Below are positions 36,610-47,600 of a DNA stretch of 64,000 nucleotides, piece after piece; position 1 is the first letter of the stretch, and every line of letters starts with the position of its first letter. The notes below the pieces were generated by a model, which did not search any database, was not told where the DNA came from, and saw only the letters and a list, made by a program, of their open reading frames with translations. The stretch is from Strigamia acuminata (taxonomy: Eukaryota): assembly GCA_949358305.1 (NCBI GenBank), contig OX442314.1, forward strand, positions 4,650,001-4,714,000, written 5' to 3'. Both the position numbers and the translations under genes were made by a program.

Positions 36610-37698
36610 TCAGCTGTGTTCCGGGGGGGGGAAGATTCCATTTACGGCTGTTCCGCTCAGGATCCCGTTATTTTGTTTTATTAATACGGTTGATTTTCTC
36701 CCTCCGTACAGTTGCGAATTAACTTTCGCGGCTTCCTTATTGGCGTCGTTAGCGGTCTTGTTCTTGGCTTTTGCGGCTTCGTTAGCTGCGTCGACGTTAG
36801 CTTTAACTGTTCGTATGTCCTCGAGGCTTGGCATTGCCAATCTATCTCGTCCTTGTTGATTTCTGATTTGATTTTGTTGATTAATCAATCGTATCATTTC
36901 GGAATTCGGGTCGTTCGGCGTTTGGCTGGTGTGGCCAGCTTTAGCCGCGAAAGATTGCGCGAATGCCCATGACTGTCTTCCTCGATTGTTCCGATTATCT
37001 TGCTGAAAAGCTTCCAAAAATTCATTCTGGATCTCGACTGGCTCGTCCACGATACTGGCCCACCCCTGGACGTTGATTCCTCTTGAGGTCATCGAATCGG
37101 CCTCGCTTTCGTTATCCGCGTCGGAACCGGTTTGGGTCGAATCGTACGAGTCGGTTGTTTGGCTACCGGTCTTTTGGCGTTTGACGCCCCTTCTCCCCCG
37201 TCTGGCAGCTCGTTTTTCCGCTCGTTCCCTGGTTAGACGAAGTATTATCTCCATCTGGGCTAGTGGATCTCCATTTTCGTCGAATGGTATTCCCTCTAAT
37301 CGAGCGATTGTATAAGCTTCCATACATTGATTGATTTGAGATCGCGTCGAATTATATCCGTGTTGAATGGTTACTCGATTGTGTTGAGCTCCGTCGTCTT
37401 GGTCAAACAGACTAAACCCGTCTTGACTTTTGTCGGATTCGTTATCGTTTATCGGGGGGTTAGGCTGTACGTTCTTCGGCGTTTTTTCAATCGGTGTTTT
37501 GCCGACGGACGTTTTCTCGACGTGGCTCGGCGTCTTGGTAACTCGATTCTTCTCTACGGGTTCCGGTGGTGTCGTATTTAACTTCGGGCTGGCTAACGCT
37601 TCGGCTGCCGCCTTGGCTTTTTCCATGGCGGCTTTTCGGGCGCTTGCGGTTGGAGGTTTTCGGTTCTTATTGCTTTTCGTCATTTCGATGGTTTGCAA
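36610..37698 (-). CDS. Gypsy C ORF0, probable N-terminal gag extension
   Basis: 362-aa low-complexity ORF after PBS; joins the gag frame by a -1 shift at the C9 run (36623-36631). Confidence 0.65.
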   Translation of the reverse strand: MQTIEMTKSNKNRKPPTASARKAAMEKAKAAAEALASPKLNTTPPEPVEKNRVTKTPSHVEKTSVGKTPIEKTPKNVQPNPPINDNESDKSQDGFSLFDQDDGAQHNRVTIQHGYNSTRSQINQCMEAYTIARLEGIPFDENGDPLAQMEIILRLTRERAEKRAARRGRRGVKRQKTGSQTTDSYDSTQTGSDADNESEADSMTSRGINVQGWASIVDEPVEIQNEFLEAFQQDNRNNRGRQSWAFAQSFAAKAGHTSQTPNDPNSEMIRLINQQNQIRNQQGRDRLAMPSLEDIRTVKANVDAANEAAKAKNKTANDANKEAAKVNSQLYGGRKSTVLIKQNNGILSGTAVNGIFPPPEHS

Positions 37699-37749
37699 AG
37701 TTCAAACCGTAAGATATGTTTATTTTAAATAGTTTGAATGTTCAAAACT

Positions 37750-37767
37750 ATCCCGGACAGGCCCCCA
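37750..37767 (-). promoter_or_regulatory. Gypsy C primer binding site (tRNA-Pro)
   Basis: TGGGGGCCTGTCCGGGAT vs canonical TGGGGGCTCGTCCGGGAT. Confidence 0.8.
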
Positions 37768-38566
37768 CGTGTCGTAACCTTGATTCCGGTAAATAAACTT
37801 ACTACAATATCTTACAATAAAACCTTTTATTTCACACTTCAATTATTACAAGAATGATACTTAAATGTTGTTGGTCTCGGATCCTTGTCGGTCGGATACG
37901 ATTGTTGCTGCACGGCAGTCTTACACGTGGCTTCTGTTGTCTAGGGTAATGGCGTCTGGCGAAACACGTGTTCGCAAACGCTTCGCTTCGGTAGATATTA
38001 CAATCGTAGATTTGCTACGATAAATATCTTTGGCTTGTTGTTATAGATGACTTGGGCAACGGGCATCGATCCTCTATCAATCCGTGGAGTTCGGCCTGAA
38101 AGGTGAGGTGTTGATGCTATGTTGCGGCTGGATCTATAAGTGGGGTTTCCGGTCAAAACACGGGTTTAAATGACCCCGGGAGACCGGAAATGACGTATTC
38201 GCATAAATTCGGAGAATTATGCAAATTTATGACGTCGTTACGTCAATCCCGCAGAAACGATGAAACTAGTAAAGCTAGTTTTCCCGTAATAATCTGATAG
38301 TCGATTTATTAGAAATACTAAAACACTATTTATTAGATCATAAATAATTAAAACACTTTTGTGACCTCGTGGTCACCACAAATTGTACATGATAACTGAC
38401 AGTTATCTGAATAAATTAATACAGAGTACATAATAAGTTGGGAATGAAGTTACAAGTGCCGTGAGATTTTAATTGTGCTTACAAGATATAGTATTTCTAA
38501 GTTCAACAATAAATGAAGTAAACTACTTATGTCATAAACTAACAACCAATGTGGAGTCTGCAAAAC

Positions 38567-39027
38567 CATAGTGTAAGAAGGGATAGTGGTCTCACTCCGT
38601 CAGTTCTCTGATTCGCCACGGTGGCGCTGCTTTACACAGACAGACTACTACAGCATAGAAATGCATGCTGAACTAGGTCAAAACCACTGATTTTGATTGT
38701 TTTAAGCATCAGAAATAAAAATAATTTAAAAAATAATTTAAAAATAAAAAAATAAAAATAATAAAATGATAAAAATAAAAAAATAATTAAAAAAAAATTT
38801 TTTTAAATTAATTTTATTCATCTTTTTTACCAAATTAATATTTGGTAATCTACAATATGTGTGTGATAATTATTTTTATTTCTGATGCTTAAAACAATCA
38901 AAATGAGTGGTTTTGACCTAGTTCAGCATGCATTTCTATGCTGTAGTAGTCTGTCTGTGTAAAGCAGCGCCACCGTGGCGAATCAGAGAACTGACGGAGT
39001 GAGACCACTATCCCTTCTTACACTATG
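38567..39027. mobile_element. Foldback MITE, P/Galileo-like
   Basis: About 160-bp near-perfect TIRs starting CATAG; 7-bp TSD GCAAAAC; AT-rich spacer. Confidence 0.82.
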
Positions 39028-40183
39028 GCAAAACCGTCATCGTTCAGCTCTCCAATGACCAATCCCAAAGCATGTAACAATCCGCATGTGATAACAGATA
39101 GGTTTTATTTTGCTGGTGCTGCCATCTGTTAGGATTCATGTTTGAAACAATCATAACTAATGAGTGTTTCAAACATGTTGCATTCAAAGTAATTCCACAT
39201 AATGGTATTATTGACTTTGAGTTGGTAAATTCTAAATTTCTCCCTAACCTAGGGAGAAACAACGTGAGCACCCTGAAGATTGGTTTACGTAATTTTCAGG
39301 AGGTCACACACAGTAAGAAAGATGATAATAAAAGAGGATCTGCAAGAGTGCAATAAAGGGAGTAAAACTTCACTGTAAAACACTGCAGAAGTGGCTTAAC
39401 CATTAACTCTAGATTCTTTAAATAAAATGCAGGCGTTTTGTTGTTAAAACTTGTGACGATTGACTTGGCGAGATACAAATTGCTTAACATTTAACGTAGG
39501 AACTCGTGTGAAAGTGTAAAAGTACGGAGGCTTGTGATTTCTCAAATCATATAACAGTTTATTGCGAATGGAAGACTTATATAAAACCTATGCCTACAAC
39601 TGGCTAAATAACTTATGTTAAATATACAATGGGTTGGCAAAAGCCCTGAAATAATATCACTTGCGGTTTTCAGTCGTGTAATAAGAATGTGTATCTTTCT
39701 TATTACGGTGACGTAAAAGATGTCGTCTTAGTATGGTTCGGGCTTTCAAATGGTCCTGGATCGGTTCTAAAATGGTGTGTAATGGTTAGGCTTGGGTGTG
39801 TTATATCCGAGAGATGCGGTTGACTTTGGCACAATCATCACACGTGTAATTATTGTATTGTTAATAATTACACAGCGCGATCATAAGAATGACGAAACAA
39901 TCGGAATAAATATTCATGTAAATTCCATTGAATTAAACATGATATTGTGTTCGCGAAACTGGATAAATAACTATAAAATAAAGAAAATAATTAAAATAGC
40001 GCCGAGCTATTTTTGCCCCGAGTGCAATCAACATTTAAGTCAGACTTAAATGTTCCATCAACCCAACAACGAAATGAATCGAAGTATTTCGCAGGAAAGG
40101 TTATCCATTGCCGGGAAATTACTCCACTCGGTTCTGGCTGGCGGGAGAGTAACCGGGAAATTACTCCGCGTCGATTACTCTGA

Positions 40184-40490
40184 TAATGCGTCTGTGAAAT
40201 ATAAATACTCCACTCTAGATTCTACATTACCAATGCGTCTGTGAATTTTACTCCACTCTAGATTCTGCATTCTACAACGGAATGTTGGCATGAAGCTGGA
40301 GGGAGTGCGTCTGTGGGTTGTACCCCACTCTAGATACTACACTTAAATGTGTCTGTGAATTACTCACTCTAGTTACGACATTTCTACAACGAAATGTTGG
40401 CATGAAGAGGCGGGAGTGTGTCTGTGAGTCTTCTACCCACTCTAGATACTTACACTAAATACAAAGTATTTCTACAACGGATTGTCGGAA
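40184..40490 (-). repeat. Array of five related hairpin-forming units in the Gypsy D LTR (second copy 52539-52845)
   Basis: Five copies of CTAGAGTG...CACAGAC interspersed with three C(A/G)ACA...CGTTGTAGAA units. Confidence 0.85.
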
Positions 40491-41694
40491 CGCAGAGAAG
40501 TATAGTATGTGCTCAAGTAATATCAGTATCAAACAAAAACAGAACAAGAGCGAGCTATATCCGTTTTGCAGGGGGATATATACTCGGTGAGGAGAATAGC
40601 TGTTCAGTGATCCAATGGGATCACTGGGCAGCCAAATCCATCCAATCCTAGATCACAGGAAGTGGATACTCAGGACATAGTCTTCTACTAGGTCCACCAC
40701 AGGAACTGGATACGCAGGACACACTTTGGATTAAGTCCCTTTGACTATAATCCGAAAGGAGTCCAACTCAGTGGGTGATGAAGGGTGACTTCACCAGGTG
40801 TAAAGTTTGCACATAATTCAATAGAATTATGTGACAAATAAATCAACTAATATTTAAACATCCAAAAGTATTTAAAAGTGTCTAAAGTTGCAGTGGAATA
40901 AAATATAAATAGTAATTTATATTTTATTCACTCAAAAATTGTCGAATTTGAAATTACCGCTAAAACGTATCAGCGCCATCTATTGGTGAAATAATCGTCC
41001 TAAACTAACAAAGTGTATGACAGTGTAACCGTCACAAGTCCCCCTTAAATATATGTTAATACCAGTATTAACATACTATTTATCCCGAATATCTTGAGGA
41101 TCAAGACCACACTGTCATCTATGGAACTGGAGCTGTAATCCTTGATAAGTAAAAACCTTTATTTTATATCTTAATAGTATAAATAAAGAGTATTTCTTAA
41201 TCAAATGCTTCAAAAAATATTTATTAGGGTTATAAAACTTCCAATTATCAATAATAACTTCCATCTCTCTTTACAGGTGGACTTACAACTGCATCAAGAA
41301 AAGGTGATAACTTAAACTTACATCAAACTCTTGTACCAAACAAATGATTAATAAAATTTAACAATTATTTTCACAAAACTTAACTTCTCACTGGAAATAT
41401 AATGATTTGCAAAATAACACTTTACACGTTAAAATTCAAGTATTAAAATTAGTATTTTTATAAACAAACTCACATTGACTCGTAATCAAATTTTAACGAA
41501 ATTGTTAATTTAAATATTAAAGATCTTTGAATTATTCACAAAAAACGGCATAAAATACACCTGAACCTGACTCAATCTTTGTTTCATCTCGGGTTGGGAA
41601 TGAAGATGGAAGAATTGAACTCGCTACCTCTGGTCTTGCCCTTAAAAGGGGAAATGTTGGGAAAGTAGCGGATCCCGACATCGTTGACGCTTTT

Positions 41695-43362
41695 TTAGTC
41701 CAACTCTTCATCCTCAATGAATCCTTCCATGGACGTAACAACTTCCGAGGTGGCTGCGGGTGGACAGTTAAGTTGAATAGTTACCATTTCCGGTACTACG
41801 TCCGGTTCAACGTCATGGTTCAGTGGGTCCAGGAGCATTCTGTGTTGTTCCTCGGTGAATACTTCCAGGGGATCAGGCCCTCCTAACGGAATGGTGTTAG
41901 CGCTGGTTGGCTCGGAAAAAACCAAGTGATGGTCGGGTAAGCCAGAGTGCCATCCCTCACGAATCAACGGGTGTGCTGCTGCTGAGACCTGCTGCAAAAT
42001 CTTACACCAAATAAAAGAGCGAGTTTGAAAAGATTCCGGCCGGGATGGATGAAAAATCCATTGGATCACGGCTAGTGGCACGCTTAAATCTGGAATCTGG
42101 TCGTTCGAAATTGACACGCTAATACGCTTAGCTGCTTCCAATAAAATTGGGAAATAATGTTCCACTTCCGCCTTAGTTTGTTCCGTGAGCGACATGCTTG
42201 GTCTCGGCATATATGGGTGGACCAGTAAAATAACCGGTTCAGCAGCGTCGTTTACTTCGGGGAGCGGAATGGTCGCTACAATCATGTTGTTAGCCGATGT
42301 TCCCTCTGGAGAAGCGGCGGCTTGCGGACCAGAATCGGATGCAACCGGCGGAGAATCAGACGCAGTAACTGACGTTGGTTCGTTCGTTGGGAGGTTTTCC
42401 GCCGAGACAACTGGAGTTCCCTCAATCGCAGGGGTGGGAGTATCCGGCTCGCGTTGTGGCTCCGTAAATCCTCCTCGTGGAGTCGAGGTGCTGGACATTT
42501 GCGCCGGGTCTACATAAATAGCTTGCTCCGGGCCCTGGTGGATGAGGCCACATTCGCGACACATCGCCCAATTTCGTGCTGTCGGCGTACTTAGCCCTTT
42601 GACGATGAATGGAAGAATTTCTTCGTTCCACATACTGGAAATTGCGACACGCTTACCACCGTGACAGTTCACGCAGACTACGGCGTGAATGCCGGACAAT
42701 AATGAGGACAACCACCCACATCCTGCGCACAATGGGCAGAACATCAACTTCGATTTAGGCATGATATTGGTTCCCAAGGCGGCAGCTTCCATATCGCGAA
42801 ACACGTGTTCTCGCCGTTGCTTACGATAACTCGGTAAGTTGAGCTCCGATAATGAGCGAGTTTGCGATGTTGGGCGGGTCAACGCTTCGGATGAAGATGC
42901 CAACGTGGACTTGGTGGGTCCCTTGGTTTTGCCTGTCTTGCCTCGACTAGCGGTATCGCAAGGATTTCGTGGTCGGGCAAACTGTCTGCTGGTAGTCTGA
43001 GGTGGAGCTTCTTCATAAGATTCTTCTTCTTGTGAGAAGTCGTCTTGGCGCCGTCTCCTTGAAGCAGAACGGGAGTATTGTGACGAGTCGTCAGAAAAAT
43101 CCCAATTCGGAGTCTCGCGGGGTGCATCATAGGTGACAACACGCTGACTAGCTGGACGGCCTCTGGAAGGACGCGAGTCGGTCGGGCTAACACCCATGGC
43201 GGTCCTAATTCGTGGTGGTACGAGATCCGGATTATCTCGGGCCCAGTTGGCGACGAGCTCGGGGTCAGAGGAGGGATTAACAAAGCGATAATCCGTCTCT
43301 TCCGACTCTTCTGGATCCCAATGCACGTATTGTCGCTTGCTAGCGCGACCTCGGCGACTCAT
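41695..43362 (-). CDS. Gypsy D accessory ORF3, 555 aa, Arg/Ser-rich N-terminus and Cys-rich putative zinc-binding region
   Basis: Intact ATG-started sense ORF after pol; CPLCAGCG...CVNCHGG...CRECGLIH; acidic C-terminus; T-rich tract plus AG just before the ATG. Confidence 0.8.
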   Translation of the reverse strand: MSRRGRASKRQYVHWDPEESEETDYRFVNPSSDPELVANWARDNPDLVPPRIRTAMGVSPTDSRPSRGRPASQRVVTYDAPRETPNWDFSDDSSQYSRSASRRRRQDDFSQEEESYEEAPPQTTSRQFARPRNPCDTASRGKTGKTKGPTKSTLASSSEALTRPTSQTRSLSELNLPSYRKQRREHVFRDMEAAALGTNIMPKSKLMFCPLCAGCGWLSSLLSGIHAVVCVNCHGGKRVAISSMWNEEILPFIVKGLSTPTARNWAMCRECGLIHQGPEQAIYVDPAQMSSTSTPRGGFTEPQREPDTPTPAIEGTPVVSAENLPTNEPTSVTASDSPPVASDSGPQAAASPEGTSANNMIVATIPLPEVNDAAEPVILLVHPYMPRPSMSLTEQTKAEVEHYFPILLEAAKRISVSISNDQIPDLSVPLAVIQWIFHPSRPESFQTRSFIWCKILQQVSAAAHPLIREGWHSGLPDHHLVFSEPTSANTIPLGGPDPLEVFTEEQHRMLLDPLNHDVEPDVVPEMVTIQLNCPPAATSEVVTSMEGFIEDEELD

Positions 43363-44654
43363 TGCGTCTTCAAAAAAAAATAAATTTTATTTGAGAACAT
43401 GAATCAAACCGTCGGTAATTAATTTAATTTCAAATTAAATTAATTGTCGACCAACAACTGGATTAATTTCATAATTAATTCTTAAGTTCCTTTTGTTAGC
43501 GTGTTTCCTTCATTTGTCGAATAATTATTAAAATTAATAATTATTATTGACTCGGTAGATAATTTCATCTTATCTTTTAAAAACAATATCGTTGACAAGA
43601 TATTCAAATTAGTGTTTATTAAATAAAATAAACCTAATTTTTGCATCTAAACGACATAATAACTAAAAAACCTGTCAAAATATTAAAAAATATTCTTGCA
43701 AGTATTTTTAGTACCTGACAATAGTCACTTTACATGATTTTAACTGTACGAATAACTCTATAATTCGTCCGAGTAAATAATCTATCACCGACATCTGGTG
43801 GCGTTTGTTAGTATCATACACGTGACTTGTTGACACATGTATACTCACCAATTTCAGAAAGGAACTTAAGCGACATTTTATTTTCATAAAATAAACACTT
43901 ACGAACTAGGTGGAGTCCTAGAAGGGTATATTTGGCTAGTTTAACGTCTAGCTTCACGTATTTGCGAGGGCTGCTCGGTTCCGGCGATGTCGGCCGATAA
44001 AAACGTTGTGCGGCGCGTGCGAATTCTAGGCCCGCCGTAATTAGCACTTTATGAAATAAACCATTATTAACTGTCAAAATATTCAAAGGAAATTTTGACA
44101 CAATAAATATCGGAAATATTTTTACCGGAGAATTGCAACGTGATCACGTGGTGAGATTTTTCTTTCGAGAAAATTCGACGAGTGAGTGGAATCCGGCAAT
44201 TTTTCCAAGTTAACTGATATTTGAACACAAATTCAGTTAAAGTTTATGAAAAGTCGTTTAAGATAAAACATAGTTTAACTCACTAGAACTCGGGAAAATC
44301 ACGTAGTTTTCGTGGAGAGTTGAGAGTTGTCCAGGGTTGTGTCCGTGTATGAAACTTAACAACAAGTGTCAACTACTCTCTAACGAGGGGTTAAGGGGAG
44401 TTTCGAGGAGTAATTTGATTGGCTTATAATTACTCATCTCGAAGTTTCTATTAACCCAAAGGGGGAAACATAGTTTCAAGTAAATGTTTACACGTAGATT
44501 AATTTAAATACAATCGGCCGTGTAAAAATAACTCAAACATTTGTTAAATTTTATCTACATTGATGAAATGTTTTTATTAATAAAATTTAATAATCCTTCG
44601 TGAATATGATTGGAAATATTTATTTAAAATAAAATATTTTCAATATATTGTGTC

Positions 44655-47600
44655 CTAACCCAACTTGACTTGTTTTAAACAATTTATGAGTTGTACAAAA
44701 TCGGTCACGTATTTTGTGTTCGGCTTGGGTCTACGTTTAGACTGTCGAACGAGAGATGGAAATCTTTTCCTCTTTTTAGATGGATTTTGAGGAGTTTCGT
44801 CCTCTTTAGAAGAAATCTGAGAAGTTTCCTCCTCTTTCTCTTCAACTAAATCCTCTGTTTCCATGGACACAGGTTCATTTATTAATTCTGGAGAATTAAT
44901 AACCTGACCTGCCATCCAATCTGGAGTCGGGTGTGACTCGTTGGTACCGATTTTCTGATCTAATGTCCATTCCTCAATCGGGTAACTTGGGATATAAGGC
45001 ATTAAATCCTGTATGTTGATCGCTTTTGCTTTTGAATTGTCGGAGAGCTTCCGTAGCGTGTAGGAACCTCCGCCAAGAACAGCCGTAATCTCCCAAGGTC
45101 CATCACGTTTCTCAGCGAATCCTGCCGAAATCCCTTTATCTTTATTCGATAAAATATGTGTGGCTTTCCACACGAGATCTCCTTTGGCAAATTGACAAAT
45201 ATAATATTTGTCTTTATGTAGTCGATCATGCTTTTCGTAATTCGATTGAATTTTCCGATGCATTTCGCTGTGTGCACGTCTAATTACGTCTAAAATGCTG
45301 TAGACATAAGCTTCGGGATTCTCTTTGTCGAATTTGATGGCGTGTTTAGTAATACGCGGGTCAAATGGCAAAGGAACGATTCTTCCCGTATTAAGAATCA
45401 TCGGAGAACAATTTGTTGCCTCGGACTTAGCGGTGCGCATCGCAAAGGCAAAAGAATTTAAATATTTTGGCCAGTGGGAGTGAATGTCCGAGTATAAAGC
45501 TAACATCATTTTTAAAGTCCTGTTAGCCCGCTCTGTAATATTAGCGGCAGCGTGATATGGGCTAATGTGAGCAATATCTACGTGATTTTTTCGACAAAAA
45601 TCATTAAATATTGTCGACACGAATTGTTTGCCGTTGTCGGAGATTATCTTTTTTGGATATCCCCAACGGTGGAAAACTTCGCTCATTTTATTAACAATGC
45701 ATTCACTTGATGCGGTCGCTAGTGGGAAGACTTCAATCCATTTTGTACAATTATCAATGATTACTAAAATCCATTTTAATTGTGAACGACCGGCTGGTTT
45801 TGGTCCCATCAGGTCAATGCTTATTGTCTCCCACGGGTTGGTCATGTTGTGGGGTGTATAGCTTGCCCGATGTTTTTGGTGTGACTAGGTTTGTATTGCT
45901 GGCAATGAGTGCAACTGCGAACGTAGTTTCGAGTGTCTTTGCTCATTCTAGGCCAGAAATACATCTTCTTTGCTCTATCTAGGGTTTTACTCATGCCAGC
46001 GTGTCCTGTAAGTGGATGGCCATGGCATGCGAATAATGCACGTCTCACAAGAGAGCGTGGAATTACCGCCTTAAACCCGTTGCCGGAGTCGTTTAACTCT
46101 TCCTCATCGGTCGGAGCAAAATAAATTAGCACAACACCTTTATTTTCTTCCGGTTCGTCGAGAGTGTAGCCACGAATCGCATTTAACCAATGTTTATCCG
46201 TGATACGATTTTTTAATTTTTCGTCTCCTTTTAGGTAAACAAGGATTTTACTACATGCTGGATCTTTAAGTTGCGCTTCGATAATTTCGTCTCTAGTCGG
46301 CGGGGCTATTTTGAGGATATCTGTTAGCGCAGTGTGTACATTTTCGTGATTACAATTGTGGACATCTATATGTCTGCAATTTTCTCTCGTGCATCCTTCT
46401 TCCTCCCCCTTTTCTCCAGAATCATGAAATCTAACTGGATTATATGATTCTGAGAAAAAATCTAAACTAAGGCCAACATTTGTAAGAAAATGTTTGCGCT
46501 TAGTTTCCGTCACTTGTAAAGATGCACACCTGTTTCCATTCCAAGTTGGATAGAAATGGGTGATTTCCTCTGGCTCGATATAATCATAATCCGGAGTGTC
46601 TAGTGCAGACAGTGGAGCGCGTGATAATGCGTCCGCTACTTGGTTCATTAAAAATAATTTTAAACGCGCCACATTGTATCTTGACGGCCCAACGACCAAA
46701 CCTTCCCGATGGTTCCGGCGTACTCATCAACCAGCTAAGGGCCTTAGCATCGGACTCGAGAGTGAAAGTCGTGTATTCAATATATGGGCGAAATCTTTCG
46801 ATTGCCCATACAACGGCCAAACACTCCAATTCCGGCGTAGAATACCTTACTTCGGCCCCGTGTAACACTCGACTGGCGTACGCGACTGCTTTCGGGACCA
46901 TTATTAATTTCTGTTTCTTTTCACAGAATAATTCTACGTCCTGACAGAGTACTGCACCTAAGCCTGAATGAGAAGCATCTGTCAAAATGACAAAAGGCTT
47001 ATTCATATCTGGCATGTGGAGAAGGGCTTGGTCCTTGTCACACAAAATATCTTTGATAGTTTCGAATGCAGTTGTTTGTGGATCATCCCACACAAACTTT
47101 GCTTGATCATGCATAATATTGGTCAATGGACGAGCAATATTTGCGATGTTGGGAATGAATTTTCGGAAAAAATTCGCAAGTCCTACAAATCTTTGAATGT
47201 CTTTAGAACAAGTCGGTTTGGGAAAATTCCTTACAGCCGAGACTTTGTCAGGGTCTGGAAGAAGAGATCCCTCCGAAATTAAATGGCCTAAAAATCGTAA
47301 TGATGTTCGACCAAATTTTGACTTGTCTTTATTGATAGTTAGATTTGCGGCATCTAACTTCTCAAGTACGTCTTTAATATGTAATAAATGATTTTCCCAT
47401 GTGTCGGAAAAAATAATTATATCGTCTAAGTAGACTAGAGCATATTTATATAAAGAGTCACCCAATACGGTAGTCATGAGGTGTTGAAAAGAGCTGGGTG
47501 CATTACAAAGACCAAATGGCAATCTTTTGAATTGAAATTTGCCTTTTGGGGTGTAAAAAGCAGTTTTGCTCTTATCCTCCTCCTCCATTTCCATTTGATG

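Larger units (their letters stand above)
27551..38380 (-). mobile_element. Gypsy C, 10.8 kb, with accessory ORF after pol
   Basis: 611-bp LTRs at 27551-28161 and 37770-38380 with four mismatches seen; 4-bp TSD AATT; PPT GAGGAGGGGA; tRNA-Pro-like PBS. Confidence 0.96.

Noticed and set aside
40184..40490. CRISPR-like repeat/spacer look of the LTR array
   Set aside because: Eukaryotic LTR context, no cas genes, variable parts are short self-pairing loops
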